Below, one piece after another: positions 43,099 through 52,697 of a stretch of 64,000 bases of DNA. The notes beneath the pieces were generated by a model that ran no database searches, had not been told where the DNA came from, and saw only the letters and a list, made by a program, of their open reading frames with translations. The DNA comes from Candidatus Nomurabacteria bacterium GW2011_GWE1_32_28 (lineage in GTDB: Bacteria > Patescibacteriota > Minisyncoccia > Phycocordibacterales > UBA9973). The translations under genes were made by a program, and so were the position numbers. The stretch spans positions 56,149 to 120,148 of the forward strand of contig LBOM01000004.1 in assembly GCA_000989515.1 (NCBI GenBank), in the 5' to 3' direction. Within the stretch, counting starts at the first letter, position 1. Every line of letters begins with the position of its first letter.

Positions 43099-43926
43099 TC
43101 AATTCTGTGGAACAAACCCCGACACCGAGCCATAGCGACCGCCGGCACCGGACACACCGCTGGTGCCGAACTCCAACTCGCCGCCAAAGAAGCGGAAGAA
43201 AGGAGCCCTCGAGAAGACACCATCACCACCAGGAGCAGGAGCAAATTCGTCACCTGCACAATCGGTATCAAGTTCTTTGGAGCAGACGTGACGGTCAGGG
43301 TGAACCAATGCCATACAGCCAAGAGCAAAGGATGTTAAACCAAATTCGTTGTCTAAGAAAGTTTCTCTTGCACGGCGAACTGATTTGCCACGATGTCTCA
43401 TTCCGTATTGAACGGCGAGAATCAGAATATCACCCTGTTGTTCAGATTCCAATTGTTCTAGGAAACTGAGGGTACGGGGATGTTCGCGAATCTGTGCAGT
43501 GGTAATCTGACCTTTAAGGTAATTGTAGAAGCTACGGCTTTCAGCAAGTTTGCTGTGAACCAATTTTGTAGCTTCACAATACTGTTCGGCAGAATCGGTA
43601 ATCGCAGAAAAATGTTTTTTTGCAACTGATGATACTTTTGGAATGGCGAACCATCCTTCGGCACCTTCAGGTAATGCGGGTAACATTTTAATAAATTCCA
43701 ATGCTTCTTTTGAATCAACTCCAAAAATAGTTGCAATGGTTTTTACCTGCTCATCAATTGGCTTCAGTTTGTACTTATTTGGATAAGTATAGCTTGAGCT
43801 AACTACCTCATCGGCGTACTTGTTTGGTGGTGTTGTCATATCCAGAATGATAGCTTTTACAGCTTCTCTGCCAAGATATGCGACTTTGTCTGTTTGAGCA
43901 AACGTGATCAACTTTTCTGTTGTCAT
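43099..43926 (-). CDS. DGR target (variable) protein candidate, about 45% GC and thus atypical for this genome
   Basis: ORF 43099-43971 begins with TTG; ATG at 43926 is preceded by aaaaAGGAtaagaca; the C-terminal 45 aa are shared with the TR-like copy. Confidence 0.55.
   Translation of the reverse strand: MTTEKLITFAQTDKVAYLGREAVKAIILDMTTPPNKYADEVVSSSYTYPNKYKLKPIDEQVKTIATIFGVDSKEALEFIKMLPALPEGAEGWFAIPKVSSVAKKHFSAITDSAEQYCEATKLVHSKLAESRSFYNYLKGQITTAQIREHPRTLSFLEQLESEQQGDILILAVQYGMRHRGKSVRRARETFLDNEFGLTSFALGCMALVHPDRHVCSKELDTDCAGDEFAPAPGGDGVFSRAPFFRFFGGELEFGTSGVSGAGGRYGSVSGFVPQN
43102..43240 (-). repeat. VR-like GC-rich 3' segment of the DGR target gene
   Basis: see the TR-like repeat; encodes the C-terminal ..GDGVFSRAPFFRFFGGELEFGTSGVSGAGGRYGSVSGFVPQN. 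Confidence 0.5.
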
Positions 43927-44280
43927 TGTCTTATCCTTTTTAGATTTAAAGAACTGGGTCCCGACACCCAAGTTCCATGTGTTAAATAGAGGTCGGGTAT
44001 CGTTTACTAGATATTAGTATATCATATTCAATCTTTTTGTCAACTCATAGATTTACATGAATTAAAAAATTAAATTATAATTCACATATTGAAAAATTTA
44101 ATCAAACCTTGCAAGAAAAATGTCTAAAAAAATATCAGCAGATGCTTTTTAAATTAATTACAAACTTAAAAAATGTTTGAGATACTATAATTATCAAAGA
44201 CTAAACGTGGAAATTAATTTAAAAACATCAAGTCAATTATTAACAAAGTGATTCCAAACTATTAATTATTTCAATAATTT

Positions 44281-46527
44281 TTATTTAGCAATAGCTGCGG
44301 CTTCGTCAAGTTTTACTGAAAGAAGTTTTGAGGCACCATCAGAACCCACTGTGACACCATAAAGAATACCAGCACGAGACATAGTCTCTCTGTTGTGTGT
44401 AACAACAATAAGCTGAGAATGATGAGAAAGCTTTTCCAACATATCTCCGTATTTACGAGAATTTGCCTCATCGAGTGCTGCATCTGTCTCATCTAAAACT
44501 AAAAATGGTGGTGGATTTACTTGCGACATAGCAAAAAGAAGAGCAATAGAAGTAAGTGATCTCTCACCACCTGAAAGTGCATTAAGTTCTTTTACTTTTT
44601 TATGAGGAAGCGAAACATTTATCTCAATACCCTGTTCAAAAACAATATTTTCTCCTTCTTCTGTATTTGATTCATCATCATTCTTCTTCCTTTTATTTTC
44701 AGTTACTATGGAAAGATAACCCTCTCCACCACCAAACATTAATGAGAAAAAATTACTAAATTCTATATTTATTTTTTTAATACCTTCTTTAAACTCTATA
44801 TCAATTTTTTCTTTTAAATCTGCCATTAATACACGAAGTGCTTCTATGCTTTTGGATAAGTCTTCCATTTCTTTAGCTAAAAAGTTATCTCTTTCTGAAA
44901 CTTCTTGAAACTCTTTAATAACTTCAGCCCCACCACCTAGGCCAACATCTTCTAATTTTATTTTAATACGTTCAATTTTACGTTTTAATTCTTCTTGTAT
45001 ACTTCTATCTATATTTTCCTCTATAACAAAATCTTTATAAGACAATATTTCAATACCAATAAGCACTGAGCCTTCTTTTATCTCATTTTCAAAAGATTCC
45101 ATTTCTTTTAATAAATTCCTTTCTTTTATTAAAATAAGCTCTAATGCAGAAGTTAATTCTTGATACTTGACCCTAAGATTAAATCTTTCTTTTTCTTTTA
45201 AATATATGTCTTCATTGTCTTGATTAATCTCTCTTTTTAATATATCTATATTTTCAATAATCTTATTTTCCTCTTCTTTGATGTTCTGCATTTCTGTTAA
45301 AATCTCCTGCTGATTTTTCTTTAATAATTCTAACTCAGGATTTAAAATTGAATTTAAATTTTGTGAAGAATCTTCTATGGAAACTTTTGGCAAAAGTTCT
45401 TTTAAAATATCTTTTATATGTAAAAGAATATTTTTAATATCTGACAAATCTTCCTTATTTATAGCTTCATTTATAAAATCATTTATTTCATTAAATATTG
45501 TTTTTACTTTCTCTTCTGAAATTAGTACAACAGATTCTGGTATTTTTGTTTCTTTTCTCTTTTCTTCCACTTCCATCATTCCCTCTATTCTTCCCAACTT
45601 ACGTTCTATCTCACTCTTAATTCCTCTAATTTCGTATACCTTCTTTTCAAGTATTTTTAATTCTTTTTCTTTTTCACTTTCTTCTCTTGTACTAACTTCT
45701 TCAACAGAAGAAATTTTTTCTTTTATATTTTCTAATTCTGAAGAAATTTTTTCTTTTTCCTTTAAAAGAAAAAACTGTTCTTTTTCTAAATAGACACTCT
45801 CTTTTTTAAGATATTCTTGATAAAAAGACAACAATGTAATTTGCATCTCTTTTGCCTTTTCAAATTTATCTACCTGTTTTTTGAGAAAATTTAAATGAGG
45901 TGCATTTTCTCTACGTAAAAGTGATACCTCTTTCATATTGTCTGTAGTTCTTTCCAATTTACGCTGTGCTTCTTTTATTTTATATTGAAAAATTTTAAGC
46001 CCAAGTGCATCTTCTACCATTTCTCTTCTATCTTTTGATGATGCATTAAGGATTCTATCTGCTTCTCCTTGTGAAATAATATGATGGTGAGATGAACCTA
46101 TGTTTACAGAAGATAAAAGATTATTAATATCTCTCAGCCTAACTTCTGAACCATTTAAAATATATTTATTTAATCCATCAGAATAAACTTCACGAGAAAT
46201 TGAAATAGTCTCATAATTTAAATTAATATTTTCACCTGCCCCATTTATAAGTTTAAAAACCTTATCAGAGTTATTAAAATAAATTGTTACACTTGCGCGT
46301 GAACTTTTAGGTAAATTTTTAGATCCTTTAAAAATCAAGTCAGAACCAGATGATCCACGCATGGATTTGATTGACTGTTCTCCTAAAACAAAACGTAATG
46401 CTTCTACTACGTTTGATTTACCAGATCCATTAGGGCCAACAATAGAAACAATGGAATTTTGAAACTCTAAAACTGTTTTTTTAGAAAAAGATTTAAAACC
46501 ATTTAATTCAAGATTCTTTAGTCGCAT
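44281..46527 (-). CDS. smc: SMC-family chromosome-segregation ATPase (short, 748 aa, no recognisable hinge)
   Basis: Walker A GPNGSGKSN, signature LSGGERSLTSIALLFA, Walker B LVLDETDAALD, long coiled coils; conserved rnc-smc arrangement. Confidence 0.7.
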   Translation of the reverse strand: MRLKNLELNGFKSFSKKTVLEFQNSIVSIVGPNGSGKSNVVEALRFVLGEQSIKSMRGSSGSDLIFKGSKNLPKSSRASVTIYFNNSDKVFKLINGAGENINLNYETISISREVYSDGLNKYILNGSEVRLRDINNLLSSVNIGSSHHHIISQGEADRILNASSKDRREMVEDALGLKIFQYKIKEAQRKLERTTDNMKEVSLLRRENAPHLNFLKKQVDKFEKAKEMQITLLSFYQEYLKKESVYLEKEQFFLLKEKEKISSELENIKEKISSVEEVSTREESEKEKELKILEKKVYEIRGIKSEIERKLGRIEGMMEVEEKRKETKIPESVVLISEEKVKTIFNEINDFINEAINKEDLSDIKNILLHIKDILKELLPKVSIEDSSQNLNSILNPELELLKKNQQEILTEMQNIKEEENKIIENIDILKREINQDNEDIYLKEKERFNLRVKYQELTSALELILIKERNLLKEMESFENEIKEGSVLIGIEILSYKDFVIEENIDRSIQEELKRKIERIKIKLEDVGLGGGAEVIKEFQEVSERDNFLAKEMEDLSKSIEALRVLMADLKEKIDIEFKEGIKKINIEFSNFFSLMFGGGEGYLSIVTENKRKKNDDESNTEEGENIVFEQGIEINVSLPHKKVKELNALSGGERSLTSIALLFAMSQVNPPPFLVLDETDAALDEANSRKYGDMLEKLSHHSQLIVVTHNRETMSRAGILYGVTVGSDGASKLLSVKLDEAAAIAK

Positions 46528-46528
46528 A

Positions 46529-47224
46529 TTATTCCATCCAGTCTCTTATTTTTAATGCTGATTCAGCCGCTTTCTGTTCTGCCTCTTGTTTTGATTTACC
46601 TTTGCCTTCAGCAATCAAGTCAAGACCAAACAAAATACCAACAGTAAAATGTTTATCATGGTCAGGTCCTGACTCATGTAAAACTTTATAAAAAGGAGTA
46701 ACACCAACAAATTCTTGAGCTTTTTCTTGTACTAAACTTTTTGCATCACGCCAAAGTTTTTTAGAGACAATTTCTTCTGTATGAGGTAAAAGAGAAGTTT
46801 CAATAAATTTATTAACAACTTCATAGCCTTGATCTAAATAAACAGCACCGATGTATGCTTCGTACGTATTAGCTAAAATATATTGCCTAGCCCTCCCGTT
46901 ATCTTTAGCTTCACCTTTAGATAAAAGCAAAAAATCATTCATCCCAACCTTTAATGCAATTTCAGAAATTATAATAGCGTTAACAAGAGCAGAACGAACT
47001 GCAGTCAATTCACCTTCTGTATAATTTGGGTATTTTTTATAAAGAAAATCAGTAACAATGAGTTCTAATACTGCATCACCTAAAAATTCTAAACGTTCAT
47101 TATGCGAAATATTAGATCCTGGATTTTCATTGATATATGAACGATGAATAAAAGCCTGTTTAAGCAAGTTTTTATCTTTAAAAAATATTCCTGTATTTTT
47201 TTCAAAATCTGAAAATTTAATCAT
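46529..47224 (-). CDS. rnc: ribonuclease III
   Basis: ERLEFLGDAVLELIV signature; C-terminal dsRBD. Confidence 0.9.
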   Translation of the reverse strand: MIKFSDFEKNTGIFFKDKNLLKQAFIHRSYINENPGSNISHNERLEFLGDAVLELIVTDFLYKKYPNYTEGELTAVRSALVNAIIISEIALKVGMNDFLLLSKGEAKDNGRARQYILANTYEAYIGAVYLDQGYEVVNKFIETSLLPHTEEIVSKKLWRDAKSLVQEKAQEFVGVTPFYKVLHESGPDHDKHFTVGILFGLDLIAEGKGKSKQEAEQKAAESALKIRDWME

Positions 47225-47225
47225 T

Positions 47226-48146
47226 TTATTTTTTAGTTAATATTTCAATCGCACGAGTTATAAGTGGAATAATGTCATTATAAACACGAAGTTCTGGTAA
47301 TTCTTTAAGTTGAAACCAACGAGCATTATCTAACCCACCAGAATCTCCTAATTTAAGTTCAGTATATTCACTTTCTGCCAAGAAATACACAACTTTTTTT
47401 AAAATCTTACCTTTTTCTGGATGTGAGGCTACATATTCATTTTCACCAATTTTTTCTTTTATTGTGATATCAAGACCAACTTCTTCTTTTATTTCCCTTA
47501 TTGTTCCATCTTCTGTCTCTTCATTTTCTTCTATTCTACCCTTAGACAAAGTCCAGTAACCAAAAACATCATGTACTAATGCAAAAAAGAAAGCACCATC
47601 TTTTTTAGCATATATCAATGCCCCACCAAGTTTTTCAACTGGTAATTTTGAAACATCTAGAGGTTCTTCATTTTCTTTCTTTTTACTTATTTGCTCTTTT
47701 CCTGGTTCTCCTATTTCTTTATAAACTGCACCAAGTACACCATTTACAAATTTACTAGAATTTTCTCCACCAAAAGTTTTTGCTAATTCAATTGCTTCAT
47801 TTATAGCAACCTTTGGAGGTACTTGATTTCTATCACCAAAAAGAAGCTCTGTTAAACCAATCCTTAAAATATTTCTATCAACAATAGAAATTTTATCTAA
47901 TGGCCAATCTGGTGCTGCTTTTTCTATTATTTCATCAATTACTTTACAATTTTTAAAAACTTCTTTTATTAATGTAGACACAAAAAAATCATCCTCGAGG
48001 CCAGGAGCAAATTCTTTAAGATTTCTATTTAAAGCTTCTTTTTTTTTATCATCAGTCCAAGCATTATCTTGTTCTGACGTAGTAATAAAATCCCACTCAA
48101 AAAGTGTCTGTAATACTATTGATCTTGAAAGGTGCCTATTTGCCAT
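47226..48146 (-). CDS. nusB: NusB-like antitermination domain fused to a C-terminal NUDIX hydrolase domain
   Basis: NusB fold in residues 1-140; NUDIX box [23 protein letters not shown]. Confidence 0.65.
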   Translation of the reverse strand: MANRHLSRSIVLQTLFEWDFITTSEQDNAWTDDKKKEALNRNLKEFAPGLEDDFFVSTLIKEVFKNCKVIDEIIEKAAPDWPLDKISIVDRNILRIGLTELLFGDRNQVPPKVAINEAIELAKTFGGENSSKFVNGVLGAVYKEIGEPGKEQISKKKENEEPLDVSKLPVEKLGGALIYAKKDGAFFFALVHDVFGYWTLSKGRIEENEETEDGTIREIKEEVGLDITIKEKIGENEYVASHPEKGKILKKVVYFLAESEYTELKLGDSGGLDNARWFQLKELPELRVYNDIIPLITRAIEILTKK

Positions 48147-48225
48147 AATTTTGGACTTTAGGCTTCAAATTTTAGGCCTTAATTAACTTAAATATTGCCT
48201 AGGATTTATAGCCTAAGTATTCTAT

Positions 48226-48453
48226 TTATTTTGCTTCCGCTTTTTTTGCTTTTTCTTTCTTTTGTTTTCTCTCTATCTTTTTAATCAAATCTAGGACTTT
48301 TTTCCCACGATAAAAACCGCAAGATGCACAAACTGTGTGACGTTTCTTAAAACTTTGACAATTGGCACATTTAGTAAGACCCGTACTCACCAATGCATGA
48401 TGTGAACGTCTATTTGCTGTATGTGATTTTGTATGTCTCATTCGTACTACCAT
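48226..48453 (-). CDS. rpmF: 50S ribosomal protein L32
   Basis: RRSHHAL..CANC..RHTVCASCGFYRGKKV. Confidence 0.8.
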   Translation of the reverse strand: MVVRMRHTKSHTANRRSHHALVSTGLTKCANCQSFKKRHTVCASCGFYRGKKVLDLIKKIERKQKKEKAKKAEAK

Positions 48454-48489
48454 AATATATATTATACTAGCATATTAAAGACAGATTGC

Positions 48490-48692
48490 AAACTACCTTG
48501 TTTTTTAAAAAATATAGTATATTATTAAACCAATAGAGATTGTTATGGCTACCAACCATAATCTTGTTATAAACAAGACCAACCGGCTAATCTATAAAAT
48601 ATAAAAAGAACAAAGTTGGGTGGAACCGCGAAATAGACTCGCCCCGACAAAAATGAGAATTTTTTCATTTTTGTCGGGGTGATTTTAATTTT
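48490..48692 (+). promoter_or_regulatory. T-box riboswitch leader of thrS (probably Thr-specific), ending in a terminator
   Basis: T-box consensus aaagttGGGTGGAACCGCGaaa at 48612-48633; stem I AGAGA motif at ~48528; terminator ccccgacaaaaatga...tcatttttgtcgggg at 48642-48679 plus U-tract; candidate specifier ACC in ggctACCAacc. Confidence 0.65.
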
Positions 48693-48712
48693 AATTAAAA
48701 ATAAAAAAATAT

Positions 48713-50458
48713 ATGGAAAATAATAAATTACATAATTTAAGACATTCTCTAGCTCATCTTTTATCAGCGGCAGTACTAGAAATGTACCCAGATACAAAAA
48801 ATACAATAGGACCTTCAATAGAAGATGGTTTTTATTACGACTTTGAGTTCTCGTCCCCTGTTTCTGAAAAAGATTTACCCAAAATAGAAAAGAAAATGAG
48901 AGATATTTTAAAGTCTTGGAAAGAATTCAAGGGTGAAGAAAAAAACCTAGAACAGGCAAAAGAATATTTTTCTGAGAATCAATATAAAATAGAACTCATC
49001 GAAGAAATTGACGAAAAAGGAGAAAAAATAACTTTTTATACTTGTGGTAATTTTACAGATCTTTGTAGAGGTGGACATTTAGAAAATCCATCAAAAGAAA
49101 TAAGCCCAGATTCTTTTAAGCTTGATCGTGTAGCTGGAGCATACTGGAGAGGAGATGAAAAAAATAAAATGCTTACTCGTATCTATGGTCTAGCATTTGA
49201 AACAAAAGAAGAGCTTGAAACTTACATAAACCAAAGAGAAGAAGCAAAAAAAAGAGATCATAAAAAACTAGGTAAAGAATTAAAATTATTTACAATTTCA
49301 GAATTAGTCGGTAAAGGATTACCAATGCTTCTACCAAAAGGTAATATAATCAAAACAGAACTTGAGAAATTTATTCGTGCAAAAAAAGAAAATCTAGAAT
49401 ATTCTTTTGTAACAATTCCACATATTGCAAAAAAGGAACTCTATATAAAAAGTGGTCATATGGGGAAATATGACGCTATGATGCCAACAATGACAGACGA
49501 AAATGGTGATGAATTCGTAATGAAAGCAATGAATTGTCCTCATCATTTTGAAATATACAATTCAGAACCACATACTTATAAAGATCTTCCTCTAAGGATT
49601 GCAGAAAATACAACAGTATATAGAAATGAAAAAAGTGGTGAACTTGCTGGACTTTTAAGAGTAAAAAACATAACTCAAGACGATACTCATCATTTTGTTA
49701 CCCAAAACCAAATAAGAACAGAGATAGAAATGATTTTTAATCTAATGCGTGAAATTTATGAGGTTTTTAATTTTAATGATTACAAAGTTGAAATATCTGT
49801 TAGAGATTATTCAAATAAAGAAAAATATTTTGGTAGTGATGAAATATGGGAAAAAGCTGAAAATATTTTAATAGAATCTGCAAAAAAATTAAATCTTAAA
49901 TATACAATCGAGGAAGGAGAAGCAGCTTTTTACGGACCTAAAATTGATATAAAAGTAAAAGATTCTATAGGTAGAGAATGGCAACTCACAACAATACAAC
50001 TTGACTTTAATCAACCAGAAAATTTTGAAATGGATTATATAGGAGATGATGGCAAAAAACACAGAGTAGTCGTATTACATGTTGCTATCCTTGGTTCATT
50101 TGAAAGATTTATGGGTGTATTAATTGAACATTATGCTGGAAGTTTCCCATTGTGGCTTTCCCCTGTTCAAGTATCTATCATACCCGTAAAAGAAAATCAT
50201 GAAGAAGAAGCAAAAAAACTTTCAAAAATTTTAAAAGAATTCTCTATTCGTACTGAAATCTTTCCAGCTGATAATAGTTTAGGAAAAAGAATTCACCTAG
50301 CAAAAGACATGAAAACTCCTTATGTAATAATATTAGGAGACAAAGAAGCCTCATCTAGTACACTAACAATAGAAAATAGAGATGGTACAAAAACTGAAGG
50401 AATTTCTACTAAAGATTTTTTAGAAAAACTTACACAAGAGATAAAAGACAAAAAATAA
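48713..50458 (+). CDS. thrS: threonyl-tRNA synthetase
   Basis: class II aaRS motifs; DHKKLGKELKLF; C-terminal anticodon-binding domain. Confidence 0.9.
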   Translation: MENNKLHNLRHSLAHLLSAAVLEMYPDTKNTIGPSIEDGFYYDFEFSSPVSEKDLPKIEKKMRDILKSWKEFKGEEKNLEQAKEYFSENQYKIELIEEIDEKGEKITFYTCGNFTDLCRGGHLENPSKEISPDSFKLDRVAGAYWRGDEKNKMLTRIYGLAFETKEELETYINQREEAKKRDHKKLGKELKLFTISELVGKGLPMLLPKGNIIKTELEKFIRAKKENLEYSFVTIPHIAKKELYIKSGHMGKYDAMMPTMTDENGDEFVMKAMNCPHHFEIYNSEPHTYKDLPLRIAENTTVYRNEKSGELAGLLRVKNITQDDTHHFVTQNQIRTEIEMIFNLMREIYEVFNFNDYKVEISVRDYSNKEKYFGSDEIWEKAENILIESAKKLNLKYTIEEGEAAFYGPKIDIKVKDSIGREWQLTTIQLDFNQPENFEMDYIGDDGKKHRVVVLHVAILGSFERFMGVLIEHYAGSFPLWLSPVQVSIIPVKENHEEEAKKLSKILKEFSIRTEIFPADNSLGKRIHLAKDMKTPYVIILGDKEASSSTLTIENRDGTKTEGISTKDFLEKLTQEIKDKK

Positions 50459-50462
50459 AATA

Positions 50463-50493
50463 AAAAAACTTCCTTATTTAAGGAAGTTTTTTT
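50463..50493. terminator. bidirectional terminator between thrS(+) and gyrB(-)
   Basis: aaaaaacttcctta-ttt-aaggaagttttttt. Confidence 0.7.
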
Positions 50494-50503
50494 ATTTTAT
50501 TTT

Positions 50504-52567
50504 TTAAATATCAATCTCAGCGAGTTTTGCATTTGATTGAATAAATGATTTTCGTGGAGGAACTTCAGAGCCCATTAAAATTTCAAATACTTTATTGGCT
50601 TCTTCCGCATCATCTATATTTACCTTCTTTAACACCCTATGACTAGGATCCATTGTAGTCTCCCAAAGTTCTTCAGGGTTCATTTCTCCGAGACCTTTAT
50701 AACGTTGAATGTGAATTTTTTTAGTCTTTGTTTCTTTTTCTTCTTCTTCTTTTTCTTCTTCATTCTCAACATCTGTTTCAACAGTCTGTATTTCATTTAT
50801 ATCTATATCTTTACCAATTAATTTATCTTTCTCTTCGTCAGTATAAGCATAACTAACTTCTTTACCTTTTTTTATTTTATAAAGTGGTGGTTGAGCAATA
50901 TAAACATATCCAGCATCAATAACTTGTCTAAAATATCGATAAAAAAGAGTAAGCAAAAGTGTACGAATATGTGCTCCATCAACATCAGCATCTGTAGCAA
51001 TAATTATTTTATGATAACGCATTTTTGAAAGATCAAAAGTGTCTCCAATAGAAGTACCTAATGCAATGACTAAAGATCTTATCTCTTTTGAAGCAAGCAT
51101 TTTATCAATTCTTGCTCTTTCAACATTTAAAATTTTTCCTTTTAATGGAAGAATAGCTTGTGTACGTCTATCTCTACCTTGTTTTGCTGAACCACCAGCA
51201 GAATCTCCCTCAACTAAAAATAATTCAGATTCTTCTGCACTTTTACTTTGACAATCTGCCAACTTACCAGGAAGTGTCATACCCTCAAGAGCACCTTTTC
51301 GAAGTACAGAATCTTTTGCTGCTTTAGCCGCCTTACGGGCCTTAAGCGCAAGAATAGATTTATTGATTATAGCTTTTGCCTCATCTGGATTCTCTTCTAA
51401 GAAAGCCGCAAAAGCTTCTGCAAATACAGAACTAACAGCACTTTGTGCTTCGACAGAACCTAATTTTGCTTTTGTTTGACCTTCAAATTGAATTTCTTGA
51501 AGTTTTACAGATATTACGCAAGTTAAACCTTCTAATACATCGTCTCCTGTAAAACCCCCCTCAGACTCTTTCATTAATTCATTCTTTTTACAATAAGTAT
51601 TAAGAGTTCTTGTAAGTGCAGTTTTAAAACCAGTGACATGTGTGCCACCTTCTCCTGTGTAAATATTGTTTGCAAAAGGAACAATATGATCAACCATATC
51701 ATCTATATATTGAAGAGCTATCTCTACTCCAACATTATCTAACTCTTTTTCAACATAAAAAATATGACTATGAATTGGTTTTTGAAATCTATTATAATAT
51801 TTTACCAAAGAAGTAAGTCCGCCTTCAAAATAAAAAGAAGTAGATGGCAATTCAAGCTCTAACTCTCTAAAATAAAAAATATCAGAATCATCTATTTTAT
51901 CTTCATATTTACGTGCATCAATAATTAAAATTTTAAGTCCTTTGACTAAATACGCTTGCTGACGAATATGATTCACAACTGTAGTCCAATCAAACTTGAT
52001 ATCTTTAAAGATTTCTATATCTGGTTCAAAAGTAATTATTGTTCCGTTTAATTTAGAAGAGCCATTTTTTTTGACAGCAGTTTTTTTCTTACCTTGAGAA
52101 TATTCCTGAGAATATTTACCGCCATCTTTATGAACTTCCGCTTTACAAAAAACAGAAAGTGCATTAACAACAGAAGCACCGACACCATGCAACCCTCCAG
52201 AAACTTTATAACCTTCACCTCCAAACTTTCCTCCAGCATGAAGTGTCGTCATTACAGTTTCCAATGCTGATACTTTTGTTTTTTTGTGTATATCTACAGG
52301 TATACCTCGCCCGTTGTCTGCAACACGTATGCGATTATTGGGTAATAATACAATTTCAATATCATTACAAAACCCCCCCATGGCTTCATCACGTGAATTA
52401 TCAAAAATCTCCCAAATCAGATGATGGAGACCTTCAGGTCCTGTAGTACCAATATACATACCAGGACGACGTCTTACTGGTTCTAGACCCTCCAAAACCG
52501 AGATATCAGAAGCATCATAATGATGCGCAGCTACTTGTGCTTTTTTTATGTCCTTTTCTTTAGCCAT
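50504..52567 (-). CDS. gyrB: DNA gyrase subunit B
   Basis: GHKL ATPase HAGGKFGGEGYKVSGGLHGVGASVVNALS; TOPRIM EGDSAGGSAKQGRDR; C-terminal acidic insertion. Confidence 0.9.
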   Translation of the reverse strand: MAKEKDIKKAQVAAHHYDASDISVLEGLEPVRRRPGMYIGTTGPEGLHHLIWEIFDNSRDEAMGGFCNDIEIVLLPNNRIRVADNGRGIPVDIHKKTKVSALETVMTTLHAGGKFGGEGYKVSGGLHGVGASVVNALSVFCKAEVHKDGGKYSQEYSQGKKKTAVKKNGSSKLNGTIITFEPDIEIFKDIKFDWTTVVNHIRQQAYLVKGLKILIIDARKYEDKIDDSDIFYFRELELELPSTSFYFEGGLTSLVKYYNRFQKPIHSHIFYVEKELDNVGVEIALQYIDDMVDHIVPFANNIYTGEGGTHVTGFKTALTRTLNTYCKKNELMKESEGGFTGDDVLEGLTCVISVKLQEIQFEGQTKAKLGSVEAQSAVSSVFAEAFAAFLEENPDEAKAIINKSILALKARKAAKAAKDSVLRKGALEGMTLPGKLADCQSKSAEESELFLVEGDSAGGSAKQGRDRRTQAILPLKGKILNVERARIDKMLASKEIRSLVIALGTSIGDTFDLSKMRYHKIIIATDADVDGAHIRTLLLTLFYRYFRQVIDAGYVYIAQPPLYKIKKGKEVSYAYTDEEKDKLIGKDIDINEIQTVETDVENEEEKEEEEKETKTKKIHIQRYKGLGEMNPEELWETTMDPSHRVLKKVNIDDAEEANKVFEILMGSEVPPRKSFIQSNAKLAEIDI

Positions 52568-52697
52568 TTGATATTTAATTTAACTTAAAAAATAAAAGCA
52601 AAAAACAAATTTTGCTTGATATATTATAGCAAAAAGTAACATAAAAAACTAGTTAATTATCGTATCTGCCAACTTGAATTTTTGCTTATATTGTTGC

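Noticed and set aside
43047-43736. ORFs 43047-43469(+), 43077-43328(-), 43458-43736(-) overlapping the DGR target gene
   Set aside because: Products of the GC-rich island: alternate frames with R/H-rich nonsense (HRTHRWCRTPTRRQRSGRK..) and no independent start signals. The frame sharing similarity with the TR-like copy (43099-43926) is taken as real.
42239-43971. Calling the locus an active DGR
   Set aside because: TR/VR identity is only ~70% and mismatches are not confined to adenine positions of either copy. The RT lacks catalytic domains and no Avd ORF is present.
48567-48818. Minus-strand ORF 48567-48818
   Set aside because: Overlaps the T-box terminator and the thrS start; hydrophobic nonsense with no motif.
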